From assembly GCA_030704615.1 (NCBI GenBank), contig CM060731.1:5704001-5768000 (forward strand): a stretch of 64,000 bases of DNA, written 5' to 3'. This document shows, one piece after another, positions 12,217-25,248 of this stretch. The notes beneath the pieces are model-generated. The model did not search any database. It saw nothing but the letters and a program-made list of their open reading frames with translations, and was not told the origin of the DNA. The position numbers were made by a program, and so were the translations under genes. This DNA is from Takakia lepidozioides. Lineage: Eukaryota > Plantae > Bryophyta. Position 1 is the stretch's first letter; the number at the start of each line of letters is the position of its first letter.

Positions 12217-12299
12217 CTGGCACTGGGCACCCGCCGTGGAATCTCAACCTCAAATTCAGCAGGCAGGCTAAGAAAACCATTGTAACAATCGAAAGCCAG
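12217..12299 (-). pseudogene. RopGAP: Captured RopGAP CRIB-region fragment
   Basis: LAFDCYNGFLSLPAEFEVEIPRRVPSA then a GT donor; resembles the plant RopGAP post-CRIB motif FDRFNGFLGLPVEFEPEVPRRxPSAS. Confidence 0.75.
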
Positions 12300-12770
12300 G
12301 GCATCGGAAACGTATTTATTCCAAAGCTTCTCCTCGTCTCTGTTATCTGTTTTCCGATACTTTCCTGTTGCCACATTGGCAGTAACATGTCAACATCACT
12401 CCAACCACCATAGATCCACCAACGAGCTAACTTGCAGAATTCAAAATGAAAATTTAGGGACGACTCTGATAACAGGGAAAAACAGGCTGAAATGTGTTTA
12501 AGAAGGTGCCTTCATGCATTCAATTGTGCTGCTGCCGCTGCTTTTTCCAGTTGACCATCTACCCACATGTCCAGGTCAGGGCAGTGTCCAGAATGACATT
12601 TGGTACAATTCCAACTTTGATGATGTCACCATGCACCTCTTTGCCCTTTTCCAGGGCTGCCAGGCTTGCACAAGCATTGCCAACGTACACAAACGTGATG
12701 TGGTTGCATTTCACCCCTTCCCTCATCATTTTCTCATAGGTCTCCAAGGCCTCCATCCCGCGCCCCTACT
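12300..12770 (-). pseudogene. PPR and PDF-motif fragments
   Basis: MEALETYEKMMREGVKCNHITFVYVGNACASLAALEKGKEVH (12570-12756) and DEEKLWNKYVSD (12305-12340); homologous to parts of 5000-5820. Confidence 0.8.
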
Positions 12771-13224
12771 GTGACTTCAAACCAACTTTGAAATGAAGGC
12801 CATTGAAAGCAGAGTCAAACAGTTTTGTTCAAATTTCAACTTTTGTTTTCTCACTTCAATGTGGGTTCTATTCACAAGACCTCAACTTCAGTTAATACCT
12901 TCTCCATGACAGATCCCCTCCACTACACTTCTCCATAGTGTTCACCATCCAGTTGTTTTCTGTTTCCGTAACACTCAAATTCTTGAACTCACAACCCTTA
13001 CTGGCTCACCCAATGTCAAAAGCCACATTAAGACATTTCTATGCATGATCCTTCATCTGCCAAGATGATCTCTTCAACTCAGCATGGATGTCCTCATTTC
13101 GTTGAGAGCTTGCAGCTTGCAAGGTGAACTATGGCGGAAAACGCAGAGCTTCTGCAGTTCAAGAAATCAAGATCCGGGCATTGCGGGCAGTTCCGAAAAA
13201 GTTGGCGCGGCGATTTCTATTGGC

Positions 13225-13367
13225 ATATTTCGGGCAGGCAGTCCGGGCAGATTCCAAAGAATTTGACGACGAAACGTGGCGGCGATGATGTGGCGATGAA
13301 AACGTGGCACTATGGCACCCTATTCCTGTTCTACGCTAAACTAGCTTCCGACATTCGGTTGTCGCTA
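13225..13367 (-). repeat. Element head (putative 5' end)
   Basis: Minus strand reads ttc-tagcgacaaccgaatgtcggaagctagtttagcgtagaacaggaatagggtgccatagtgccac, matching 9873-9935. Confidence 0.9.
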
Positions 13368-13516
13368 GAATCATAAATGTACCATGATACTACATCTGGG
13401 CTTCCTAGACCTCACAAAACGAATGGATGCTACCGGAATGGATGAGATCATGTTCCCATCACAACATATGCCACTTGGTCAACACCGAGTTTGGCAACGC
13501 GGAATGCTCCTAAGGT

Positions 13517-13720
13517 ATTATTTATTTATTTATTTATTTTATAAAGGGAAACACCTGGGAGCGACACTCACAAATCAGGCCCCTTAGTAGTGAGAGGAGA
13601 AAATGACCTCTTTCATTTATGCGCCATGGAGGGCGAATGAGTGGGACACCGCCCGGGAAACATACCACACCCGTCGGTAGCAAGATTTGACCCCAAATCT
13701 GGGTGGCACTCTGACTGTTG
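13517..13720 (-). mobile_element. tRNA-derived SINE
   Basis: Minus strand: acagtcagagtgccac...gggtcaaatc (box B)...ggggcctgatttgtgagtgtcgctcccaggtgtttccc, then a (TAAA)n tail; same family as 33411 and 35430. Confidence 0.7.
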
Positions 13721-13859
13721 GTGGTATTCTGCTCTTCAATAAGGTCACGATAAATACAAAGGAAATATTACGGCAAAAAAAAAACTCTCCCAGATTTGGT
13801 AGGTATATCCAGGTGCTGTTTTAGGGTGGGAAAAGTTAACTTTATTTCCTGCCCCACAC

Positions 13860-14145
13860 CAGTGTTTTTATTTCTGGCGAAATTTTGCACTTTTTCGACC
13901 TCCAAAAAAACAATGGAATATTCTGTCTTAAATTCCCTATTTCCTCATGGATAAAATCGCCAAAATTCTCTAAAAAAAATATAAATCTTGGATGAATTCG
14001 CCTAATATGGATTAGATACATGGATGAAAGTGTAGAGGAGGATGATTCTGTCCAAATTTCAGTGGATGAACAGAAAATATGGCTATTTCCTGCAAAACTC
14101 AGTAGCCACTCCTGTTCTTTTCCAAATTTGAAAAAAAAAACACTG
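13860..14145. mobile_element. hAT-type MITE
   Basis: TIR CAGTGTTTTT...AAAAACACTG with a perfect 8-bp TSD CCCCACAC (13852-13859 and 14146-14153). Confidence 0.85.
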
Positions 14146-15611
14146 CCCCACACTCTCTGGTCTAGAAGCGAAGGGATGAACAGAAATAGATGGATGGATA
14201 GATAAATGGATGAGGAGGGGGCAGGAGAACGGCAGTGAAACCTAATTACGGCGGAGGATAGCGAGAGCCGGAAACGGACGGCGGCAGAGCGGCCGGGCGG
14301 CGCCGCCCGGCCGGGGAGAGGAAGGGAGGGAGAACATGGCACGTACCCCCGGTCGGGGAAGTGGGCCCGTTAGGCGCAAGGCCGCAGAGAGTGTGAGCTG
14401 CCGCTCAAGCCCTGCCTTGGTCGGGCCGCAGAGGCGTGTGGAGATGGTGGGGTATGGTGGTGGCAAGGCTGTGTTACGTGGCCCTGCTCCTGCTTGCTGA
14501 GTGCTGCCCTCTTTGACATTGTCTTTGGGAAGCTGTTGGCAAGGCTGCGAGTTCAGTCTTCGTCTGCTGCATTTTGGGGAGGCAGGGCAAGGTAGGGCAG
14601 GAGGGAGTGATTCAGCCCACTGATGCTGAAGCGGAGGGAGCCCAGGCCACGGACTAGCTCGTCTCGTCTTACCCTGGGAGTGCGAAGGATGAGTAGGTGA
14701 AGATTCTCTGGCAGATCAGAGCAGGGGGAAGCTCGTTGCGTTGGCTGGCTAGCCGTTATATGGTCGACAGTCGCTTAAGCTGCAGGGTTACGTTGCCGGG
14801 TGATCGATATTGTTTCCAGGTCTTCATTTGGTGGGCATGCCGGGAGCGTGGAGGTGTGAGGAGTGGCAGGGCTCTCATCAGTTGCATCTTTCTTAGCTGC
14901 TGTGTGTTTCACTAGTTGAACATCTTCGAGGCTGAATTACGGCTTAATTGGAAACCCGTACCCTGCTACTTCTGCCTATCGAGGTTATGGTGGGGGTGGA
15001 TCAGGAGGGCAGGTGTTCCAGCTCCAGTTGTGTGCATATGTAACCTACTTCAGGTAATCTCGTTTAGTTCTCCTCTAGAAGAGGTTACTTACTTGGACTG
15101 ACAGGACCTGGATCAGTCTGGAAGAAAGTTTGACCTACGACTATGTGCTTAAGCGGAGGTCATGCCGTTGAAGCCTGACCGAGGTTCTTTTTCCTTCTGC
15201 AACGTCCCCGTCGTTCATGTGACAACATCGATCGGATCTGGGAAGACGAGATATATACGTCAAACTAGGAAGATTTTCCATTCTGGGTAAGTCATGTTGG
15301 TTGCCAATTCTTGTACAGTAGTTGTCTGCATCACTTCATGGATTATTGGTGTTCGCTGAAGTTCTCAGGTCTATCGGAGAAGTTTATAGCGTATGGGTAA
15401 TCTATAGCTCTTGAACATAACATTGCCAGGGCGGGTGACATTTAAGTTAACATGTTATCGTCTGTCATCTTGACTATCCAGGGTGTGGGAGCGCCAGCTG
15501 ATAAGGGCAAGGATGTGGAGACGAAACGGCTGAAAAGGATCCTATCAGCTGGTTTATGGAGGAATAGTAGGAACAGATTAGGGTGGTATCAAACGGGCAG
15601 GGCGGAATGCA

Positions 15612-18600
15612 ATGGGCCAGTGTTATGGAAAGGGGATTTCAGCAGAAGACGCTTTCAAGCAGGATGAGATCGAAAGCAGGCACAAAGAGCGCAGCAACCG
15701 GAGCTTCAACAATGGTGGAACTTCTCCTTTTCCTATAAAAACTTCATTTAGCCATCCTTCACCTAAGCATCCCTCAGCCAGCCCTCTACATAGTTATGCT
15801 GGTTCACCTGCCCCTTCCACCCCCCGCCGTCTTTTCAAGCGCCCATTTCCTCCACCTTCCCCTGCAAAACACATTCAGTCTTCTCTTGTTAAGAGGCATG
15901 GGACTGTGAAACCGAAGGAAGGAGGACTGATTTCTGATGCAGTTGAGAATGAAAAACCTCTGGATAAGCTTTTTGGATACCCCAAAAACTTTACTTCAAA
16001 GTATGAGCTCGGCCGCGAAGTTGGCCGAGGCCACTTTGGCCACACCTGTCTTGCCAAAGTTCGCAAGGGAGAGCTCAAGGGGCAGCCTGTTGCTGTCAAA
16101 ATCATCTCCAAAGCCAAGGTGATTCCGTCTCAATTCTCTTGCTATCTCTTCTTTTTGGTGCATAAGCTTATTTGAGTTGAGTTGGCAGGAGTCTCTTCCA
16201 GTTTCAGTCACTAACGCGGTTGAATGTGGCTGGCAAGAGGCCTCAAAGAAATCACCGGGATGCTTGGATGAACAAGTCCTGGTGAAGTAGTTGGATAAGT
16301 TTAGATATTTGCTAATTTTAATCGCAGGCTATGTCTTTGGCCCAGAGTTGTGTGGTAGTTGTTACCTTGTACCTGCTGTATCTGTGGTGATGAAGGCACT
16401 CCAGAACCCAGGGTTATTGTCACTTTCGCATACAAGATAGCAGATGTATTTTTATGCAAGAAAGGTTTTTCCATTTCCAGACCTTGAGGGCAAAGATAAC
16501 CTTGTGTGCAAGATGGCTGATATAGTTGCACTATATTTGTCGATGGGAGTGTCTTTTGTCTAGAGATTTACTTAGTGAGCATGGTTTATGAACTGTCTTA
16601 GGTGTTGTTGATGTGCCTTGTAAACCTGGAGGGAATAGACCAAGCTTTCGCCTTCTCTGTTGATTGGAAAGTGAGGGCAGGTCAGATCAGATATAAAAAC
16701 CGTCAATATTGCAGGCACAACCTGAAAGATGCAGTTTTCAATAAACTTAATAGCATGTGCTGAGACATAAGTAATGTAGTTTGTTGATTTAGAACCTGAT
16801 GCTTTGCAGACTAAGCCCCTCACAGACTGACAATGCATGGTTGAACGATCATGCAATATAACATGATTATTCCACAACCTAAACCGGCAAATTATTCACA
16901 TGCCTTCTGCACAACTCCTAGTGTCTGCTTCCACGGTATGGATGGAGTGTAAGCTTGTGCCTGACACAATGTGTTACAAGTTTGGTTATTGCTAGAGTTC
17001 AAAATGAATCTCATTACTTGGCAGGTTATGCAGTGAATAGGAAAATCATTTCGAACTCGTGCAGATGTTTTGGATGGAGGTTTACACCAGCTGCGTACAT
17101 AGACTTGCCTCAGGCATGCACCGTGGCAAGAACTATAATGATGACTAAATGAGATTTGTCTTATGGCAGATGACGACAGCCATAGCCATAGAGGATGTGC
17201 GAAGAGAGGTGAAAATCTTGAGAGCGTTGACAGGCCATCACAATTTGGTCCGCTTTTATGATGCGTGCGAGGACAACTTGAATGTGTACATTATTATGGA
17301 GTATGTGAACACCCACCTTTGTATCTCCATCCCACCAGGTCATTCAAAAGTGTTGTAGTGTGAACAGGAGACCTTGTTAGCATTGACTGGTATCTGTGGA
17401 CCCCAGATATGGTAACCAGAAGTCCTAATATGAGTTTCTCTACCCAGTATTGAGTGTGACTGACCCCCCAATGAGTGCCTCCGCCGCCTGGGCTGACTTT
17501 GCCACCCAAGGGTTGTTCAGCCCCCACTCCTACTACTGTCAACCAGAGAAGTAATGCTGTGGGCTGGATCATATGGGTTTGGTATAGTTCTGAATTTCAT
17601 CAGACATGTATGGCACTCATTGGACCATGCAGCTCAATTTGTAGCCTCTGTCCCCAAGAATGACCATTGTGATTGTATGCGGGATGTGCAAACTTATGAC
17701 TGACCCCCTGCAAGGTTTCTCTATGTTTTGCTGTACAAGGGTTTTACTTCTGTGACCTGTGTTAAAGTCATCCGTCAAGCATGCTTGTAGACAGTGTCTA
17801 TTTAAATATCAGTGTCTACATGTGACTTTCTCATTATTGGAGTTCTTTTTGGACTGTTTTAGGTTATGTGAAGGAGGTGAGCTCCTGGATCGAATTTTGT
17901 CCAGGTGTGTTCTTTCTTGACCTTTTCTGGGTGGTACTCAAAGAGGACCTCTTGGTTGTGATCCCAGGCCCAGTGGACCTTAGTGGGATTAATATCAATT
18001 CCCTCTTCACCACCTTGTCTAGCTTTGTGAGATGTTCAAGATTTAGCAGTTGCGGTGTTATTCATGAGATCGTAGGGTGGCAGTTTGGACTTGAAATTTT
18101 CACTCTGGCTGCTATCTAGAAAGACTGGCAAAGGCGGGGAGTCATTCCATTCTACTGCTGGTGAAACTTGTGCAGAGGAGGGAGGTACGCAGAGGAAGAT
18201 GCGAAGGTGGTGGTGAAGCAGATACTCAGCATTGTAGCTTTTTGTCATCTGCAAGGGGTCGTGCATCGGGATCTCAAGCCTGAGGTGTCTATTTTCTCTT
18301 CCCTACCACTGACAACGCTCGAAATATCTGTGCACACCTCCGTCTCATTCAACCACCACTGTGATGGTTTTTTTAATTTGTACACAACCCAGCCGCGAGG
18401 GGAAATTACTCTTTTTACTGGCTTTGGCAATTCAAGCTAATTCAGGGCCCCTGTTTCTTCTGCGATATCACATGGCTTCACCAGTTTGGTCACGTGGAAA
18501 AATGCGTCAGTCTGATCCACGAGCATGAGAATTGCACTTCTTCTCAGTCTGTGTACTAGTTATCGTTTTAGAATACTGTCTTTCAATGTAGGACTTCCTG

Positions 18601-21600
18601 ACATTCATTGGGATGGCTGCAGAATTTTTTGTTTACAACCAAGGATGAGCATGCACAGTTGAAGGCCATTGATTTTGGACTTTCGGATTTCATCAAACCA
18701 GGTGTGTATCATGAAGCTGTGTTCTAGTGCTCTGTCCAGTTTTGTATGCTATGAATTGCCAGTCATCTTACTTGGTTGCACAGTGGTACCTCGCCACGCC
18801 ATCAAGCAGAGAGACTCTTCCTATGGCAATCATGTATGGTGAAATCCTTTTCACTCATGCTAATGATGGTAATTACTTGTTTTTTGCTAAGACAATCCAC
18901 AATTGAACTTATGAAGCATGTTTATGCTGACATAATGATGCAAAGTTCTGGTTGCATTGTGCATGTAACTGTCGATTGTGACTCTGACACTGCCTAGGCA
19001 GCTCGCGAGTTGCCGTACCTAGTGTACATTCTTTTGCAACTGGTTAAAGCATGTTTCCAATTTCATTGACCTCAATTTATGCTAAATAGTCTGTGGATGC
19101 TGGACTATATTGCTACAATCGAACATGGCAATGTCATTCCCCTCTGAGCATTGCTTTCATGCCATGATGTCAACCAGACATTGAATTGAGGGTGCAGATG
19201 AGAGGCTTAATGACATTGTGGGGAGTGCGTACTACGTGGCCCCTGAGGTGCTGCACCGGTCATATTCCATGGAAGCAGATGTGTGGAGCATTGGTGTGAT
19301 AACCTACATTTTGCTTTGCGGTAGCCGCCCCTTCTGGGCCCGCACAGAGTCAGGCATCTTCCGGGCTGTGCTGCGTGCTGACCCTAGTTTTGAAGAAGTC
19401 CCGTGGCCATCGGTCTCCCCAGAGGCCAAGGACTTTGTCAAACGACTCCTGAACAAGGACCTCCGCCGGCGCATGACTGCTGCCCAGGCACTCAGTATGT
19501 TCCTTTTTGGCATAGTGCCCATTGAGTGTTATGTGCCCCCCTTCAATGAGAGGAACTGGGTTACCGTCATCATCACAATTTTTATGGCCCACTAAATACT
19601 GGGTATGCAATAGCCTAAAGGGCGGATCCCCTGTCGGATACCAACCCTCTGAGAGTCAGTTGTGGGTTTCAACCAACGAATGTTTATGTAGCTCAATTTA
19701 AACTTCCCGTAGAAGTTTGCACTGCTCAATTGATGTTGATACGAGCTTGTACATCAACGATGTGATCTCTGAAATCTGATTGGTATCAGCTATGACAACA
19801 GGGAATTAACTCATTGTTTGATGGACATGCTGGTATCGACCTCATAATTGAAAGGTGGTGGGTCTTTCCAGCACTGCTGCTTTAGACCTCTAGCTGGGGG
19901 GAGGTACATTCGTTGACCATGTGTTTGGGGGTTGCAGCGCATCCATGGATTCGAAGCAATCAGAAGATACCACTCGATATATTGGTTTTCAAACTCGTCC
20001 GTGCCTATCTTCGGTCATCCCCCATGAAGAAGTCTGCCCTGAAGGTTAGGCTCAAATGTGAGGCCGTGGGACTATGCAAGACTCGTGAGCATTTGGCCGA
20101 GTCATTGACTTGGGAGCACATTGGTCAGAGTAGCTGAGCTGATTGACCTGTTTGTAGCTTAGCCATTTACTCTTCAGCTTCTTTGCTTAGATGTGTGAAA
20201 TTGGAAGATCATGTATGCTTGATAAGAGGATACAACAAATGTGTAGATTCATGTAAGGTCCAGACCAGACTTTTCTTTCTTGTTGGGTTTGTATTGTAGT
20301 TTTCTTGTCCTAGGCTCTCATCTGCAGGTTTTTGAGGGTCAACTACGGTGGAAGTTTGATTGTTTTGCTGGTGAACTCGAATACACAGGCCTTGAAACAG
20401 GAGAGGAAAATCTTTGGGGATTTAAAAATGGCTGGGTTGCATTGCAGGCACTATCAAAAACTTTGACAGAGGATGAGTTGTATTACCTCCGGGAGCAATT
20501 TATGCTGCTGGAACCCAATAGGAGTGGTCGTGTTGCTTTTGAAAACTTCAGAACGGTCAGTTTGTATGCCAATTCTAAGGCAGACCTTTGAAAGCATTTG
20601 ATGAAGTTTGTCTGCTTTTAATGCTCTTTGATTGGAATAACACATGTATGAACATGTAATGTAGAGTCTGCAGGAATCATCTCAACCTTTTGATGTCATC
20701 TTGACTTGACATGCAGAGGTATTGTACTGTTTTTGGTGCTTTGGAGCAGGCATTGGTAAAGAACGCAACAGAAGCGATGAAGGAGTCTCGGGTTTTTGAG
20801 ATTTTATCCTCGGTAAATTGCTGAGCTGTGTGATCTATGATGAGCAGTGTTCATTGGGTGAACTCAATATAGCACATTCTTGTTGTGAAAGTTTTTTTCA
20901 GAACTTCTCACAGGAGCTAGAAAAGAAAGGAAGACCAAGGAGTAGTCTCAAGAGCTCCAGCATGCCTGCTGTAGACTCACTATTTTTCTTTTTTCCTCAG
21001 TAGGTTAGCTAGAGAAGATAGCATCTCAGATTGCAGGTCCACGATGCTAGAGCCTGCACTGATCTCACTACATCCAAGAGGCGGTTGCTTCATCCTTGAA
21101 AACCTGCCTGAAAATTATTTCTGAGGAACATGAGGTTGTTTGCTTGCCAACAGATGGATATTCTGTCATTCAAAAAGATGGACTTTCCAGAGTTCTGTGC
21201 AGCTGGCATAAGTGTGCATCAGCTGGAGGGCACAGATCGGTGGGAGCATCATGCCCGATCTGCCTATGAATTGTTTGAAAAGGAGGGTAACCGTGTTATC
21301 ACTGTGGAGGAACTCGCACGCGTATGCTCTCTCTCTTTAACTCATGGCTGATAAAGCCATATTGCTTGCCGTATGCTTTGTTTTGGCTCTTCAATGCGTT
21401 GTGCTGACTAGAATCACTCAACTGAGAGCATGTTGGGAAGCTAATGTTGCATAATTAGCCACCCCGCAAGTGATGCTCAGCATTCCAGGTAAACAAGGGC
21501 ATTTATGTAGGAGTGTGGGTTTTCATTGTCACCAGCATGTTAAATCTGATGAGGGGCCTCATAGGCTGTGGGCAAGTGCAGGAGGTCGGACTAGCACCTA

Positions 21601-21719
21601 CTGTACCGGCACAGGTGTTTCATGAGTGGGTGAGGCATTCGGACGGTAAACTGAGTTTCGTTGGCTTCACGAAGCTGCTCCATGGTGTAACCACCCGCGC
21701 CAGCAGTCGAACTCAATAG
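15612..21719 (+). CDS. CRK: CDPK-related protein kinase, 11 coding exons
   Basis: MGQCYGK acylation start; [11 protein letters not shown]; GRGHFGHT; VAVKII; HRDLKPENF; DFG; GSAYYVAPE; degenerate EF-hand C-terminus. Exons, all GT-AG: 15612-16118, 17170-17300, 17863-17904, 18176-18284, 18623-18701, 19198-19494, 19938-20044, 20448-20555, 20750-20812, 21154-21321, 21582-21719. Confidence 0.95.
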
Positions 21720-22171
21720 CGAGTTGTTCTTGTTGTGTTGCTTGCTGTTCAAAAGACTCCATTGTTCATCAATGTGATACTAGTGGGCTTGTGTCGGCTG
21801 TCTTGTTGGGAGGGTTGGAGCCCCCTGGCTCAGAAAACTCGCTAAATCATCACTTGCAAGTTTGTTCCCATTTTCTTGTCATACATGCGTTGTGGGTGTG
21901 AAGCTGACACGTTCTTAAGTTTCTTTACTGTTATGTTGGAGAGGCACCATTAGCCTTCATGTTTCTTAGCAAATCATTTAATCCATGTCCCAAAAAGCTG
22001 TAGCACTTACACCGCCTAGGCTTATTTTTGCACACAATTCAGTGCTTATTTGGAGAGGAGAGTGAGAAAGTTGAGATTTGAGAATTCTCTTAGTACTACT
22101 GGTAGTGGTTTGTACAGTCCAACAGGAACGTTGTTCCTTTTGATTAAGCAGTCCTCTGTAGGACATTGTAT

Positions 22172-23116
22172 TGGGGACAGACATGAACCTTATGGGAATG
22201 TCTCAAATAAGTGACATTTTTCCTTGACTGAGCATCATGGTCTCGCAAGCAGGGACCTCAACCCTGAGAACCCCTGGTCGATAAAGTCTTGTTTCTATCT
22301 ATTGTCCCAGTTATGTAGTCTGTTGGGGGAGGGTTAGCAGGCTAGACCTGTATAGTGTTTACATTTGGGAAGTTCATTTCATTTGGATTCTCACACTGTC
22401 CCTCTTCCAATTGGCCCCACAGATTTACCACCTCCTTGTGCAAGGGCCCCCCCCTCAGGTCCTTGGATACTGGAGTCACAGTTCAATTAAAGTAGGGGAG
22501 ACCAAAGCAGTTCACAGTTGCTGGGATTGTGTAGCCTCTGGGGCTTTCCCTCTCCATGAACTGGATACAAGGCAGGATATTTCCCCTCCTCTCGCGGAAG
22601 TTGGGAAAGCCTCCAAAGTCAGTGACATGCATGTCTTTCTTCAGCGCTGACAAGCTCCACTTGGGAGCGACAACTGTCTTCTGCTCCATCCCAACTAAAC
22701 TTGGTCTCTGAAATCGTTGCTCAAGCAGAGCAGCAGGGCTCCCAAACCTTGCCTCCCCAGCAGCACTCGAAAGAGCAAAGAGCAAAGAGCAGTATGATGC
22801 AGAGGAGGCTCCAGGAAGCAGGGAAGACAGAAGAGAAGTGATGAGAAGGGAAGGAAGAGAAGGGAAGGGCAGAGAAGAGAGGGATGAGCGCGGCAATGAT
22901 TTGTAGCGACCATCGAATCGTTGCAGTTTTGGGTTCCCTAGGGTCACGTGCCAAGGTTCCAAGCTGGGCACGTGTCCACGCTGTTCGCACGTGTGTGGCG
23001 TCGTGCATCGAGGCTCCCGCACGTGTGTATGCCGAGCAATGGGTGTACGCAATATTAGTTTAGGGTTTAATTATTCTTATTATTAGGTCCGGGTCGTGTG
23101 CCGGCACGCGTCCCAA
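22172..23116. mobile_element. Probable solo LTR (~945 bp)
   Basis: Starts TGGGGAC and ends GTCCCAA (imperfect inverted termini); flanked by the 5-bp direct repeat TGTAT (22167-22171 and 23117-23121); no credible protein. Confidence 0.55.
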
Positions 23117-25248
23117 TGTATATATTTACGTAAATAATACTTTATTTCCACGACCGTTATTGCGATGCGATGAAATATATTACTTTTCTGTGAGGAGATT
23201 TGGTCACGACTGCGGTGGATGGACGAGAGCCCCGACATTCATCCACGGATGCACGGGAATGCCAGTCTGCACACCCATCGACGAAGTGAGCTTAATGCAT
23301 GGGAGGCGGTACCGCGGGGAAGGACACCACGTGTCATAAATGGGAGCGGATAGAGGTGGCAGCGATTAGTGTCAGAGTGCGCGATTAGTGAGCCTGATTA
23401 GTGACTAGGAAATATGCGGAGGGCAGCGTGGCGGTTTCAGGGCCGTCAGATTCTCGGGGGTGGTTGCAGATTGGTGGAATTAGGGATAGTTAGGGTGGCG
23501 GCGTGGCGGGGCGGCTGCGCGCCGCGTCGCCGAATTGACCTTTGGCATCGCCTTTTCGTGTGCCAGTTTCGGCAAACGTCGGCTTTTTGGATGGATGGAC
23601 TAGAAAGCGGGTGGATGGATGGATGGGGGGGCCGTCTCTCTCTCTCACACTCTCTCTCGCGGAGGGGATGCAACAGTGTAGGCGAGGGGGGCATCTTTGA
23701 GAATCAAGAGGGTTTGACTGCATCTCATCAGCGCTCGATGAGCGTGTAGAGAGCGCAGTGGATCAGTGGATCTGGTCATGAATCCGAATCTGGGCTGGGG
23801 TTGGTGCAATTTGGCAAGGGAAGAGACAAAACTATCAACGAAGATTTTCCGCCGCCATTGCAGGGTGCGATTACTCGAAGTGGTCGGGAATTGTCTGCTT
23901 TCTGGCAGGCTTACATGAGCACGGGATCATAATATAGTCTGGCTGAGATACGGACGGGATAATTCTCGGGGAAGGTTTCAAATGGTTGGAGGCGTTTACA
24001 GTCGAATTTGCAGCGAGTGGGTTTCATCCCAGAGCGGTGTGTGATAGCTCCCCGAGCCAATATATCCACGACATGATCCAGCAGATGTTGAACACCTAAT
24101 CCCTGCCTCCAGCTTTTAGCTCTAGGAGCCCTTCTACATGTTGCGTTACTACGATCGGCTATGAAGAACTTAGAATGGTACTTAACCGAGCCTTTGTCCA
24201 AAGTCAAATTCAGGCCCACAAACACAAATGGAACAAGGAACAGATATGGAGCACTGAGCACTGAGCCTTTACCCGGCTGCTATGTAGAAGCTCCTGGACA
24301 TGTCCCGGAACTAGGATCGGCTACCCAAGGACTGAAACTGAGCCCAGAATCAAATTCAAACCCGCCTACAGAATGACACAAACAGCAAGAGGAAAGGATA
24401 CAACTGCTAAGCCTGCCTCCAGCTGCTAGTTCTACAAGCCCCTCTAGACAAGTCTCAAGACTACGGGAACTGCTATGGAGAACTCAAATGAAATCTACCA
24501 TCATACTGAAAACCATATTCAAACCCACAAACAGAGTGACAAGGAGCAACACAAAAAGGACAGAACAGAAGAAACAGACAGCTTCTCGAAATTGTAAAGA
24601 AAAATGATAGAGCACAATGATTTTCAAATGGCAACGAGGCCTGTGAGTCTGAACAAATGTGTCAATAAAAAAAAATCATTGTGATGTGTTCTATATGGGC
24701 AATTCAATGAATGATGAGATCTAAAGAAATTCTTTCAAGCAAGCTGGCCTCCAACCTCCTCATTCCGCAGCAGCTATGGCTGCCATGCCTGACTCTCTCC
24801 TCAAAAAACAACAGTTCGTGTTATCCAGAATTTGATCATTACCATCACTTCCAAGTTTAGGTGGTTTTGCCACTGAAGGAAGTGATCTGTGGATTCCTTG
24901 CTACTTGACTACCACTACCACTAGTCATGAGCCAAGGGATGGGCCTAGGGTGCAGGTTTGGGATCTGCTCAGTAGCCCCAGTGAATAAAGCGCCCCCGGC
25001 CTCTTCCTGGACTCCCCCAATTGCAGATGGAGGGGTATCCATATGTTTCAGTAAGAGGCCTCGTAACCTGAATTAGCCGATGCATCTTCTCCATTACAGT
25101 AGTAGATGCCTTGACAGAGAATTTGTAAACTGATATACATACATGTGTTGTGCACCATGTGTCTGAGAAGGGAAAAGACAGTGGCTGAAGCCAGCACTGG
25201 AAGCTTTCTGTGAGTATGCCGCCACTCCGTAAGTGCCCGCCATCAGGG

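Larger units (their letters stand above)
3722..13367 (-). mobile_element. Head-to-tail dimer of non-autonomous, gene-capturing Helentron/Helitron2-like elements with an internal inversion
   Basis: Two end types. Head: TAGCGACGACCGAAGGTCGGAAGCTAGTTT, at 9873 (+) and 13367 (-). Tail: TCGTCGCTAGTAGTGCGGAGCAACG(C/T)GAAGCCCTAGTT, at 9834-9871 (+) and 3722-3759 (-). They share a 9-bp asymmetric inverted repeat TAGCGACGA/TCGTCGCTA. No TSD. The interior consists of gene fragments with intron borders. Superfamily assignment is inferred from end architecture only. Confidence 0.6.

Noticed and set aside
3722-13367. Two adjacent Pack-MULE/TIR elements (3722-9871 and 9873-13367), each with symmetric inverted ends
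   Set aside because: Neither has a TSD, and the symmetry disappears once the 8479-10475 inversion (independently supported by PAL and RopGAP) is undone. Kept only as the alternative hypothesis.
22483-23052. 189-aa minus-strand ORF
   Set aside because: Low-complexity Ser/Leu/Pro translation of CT-rich LTR-like DNA without an ATG start.
23052-23070. Telomere-like ttagtttagggttt
   Set aside because: A single unit inside the putative solo LTR; not an array.
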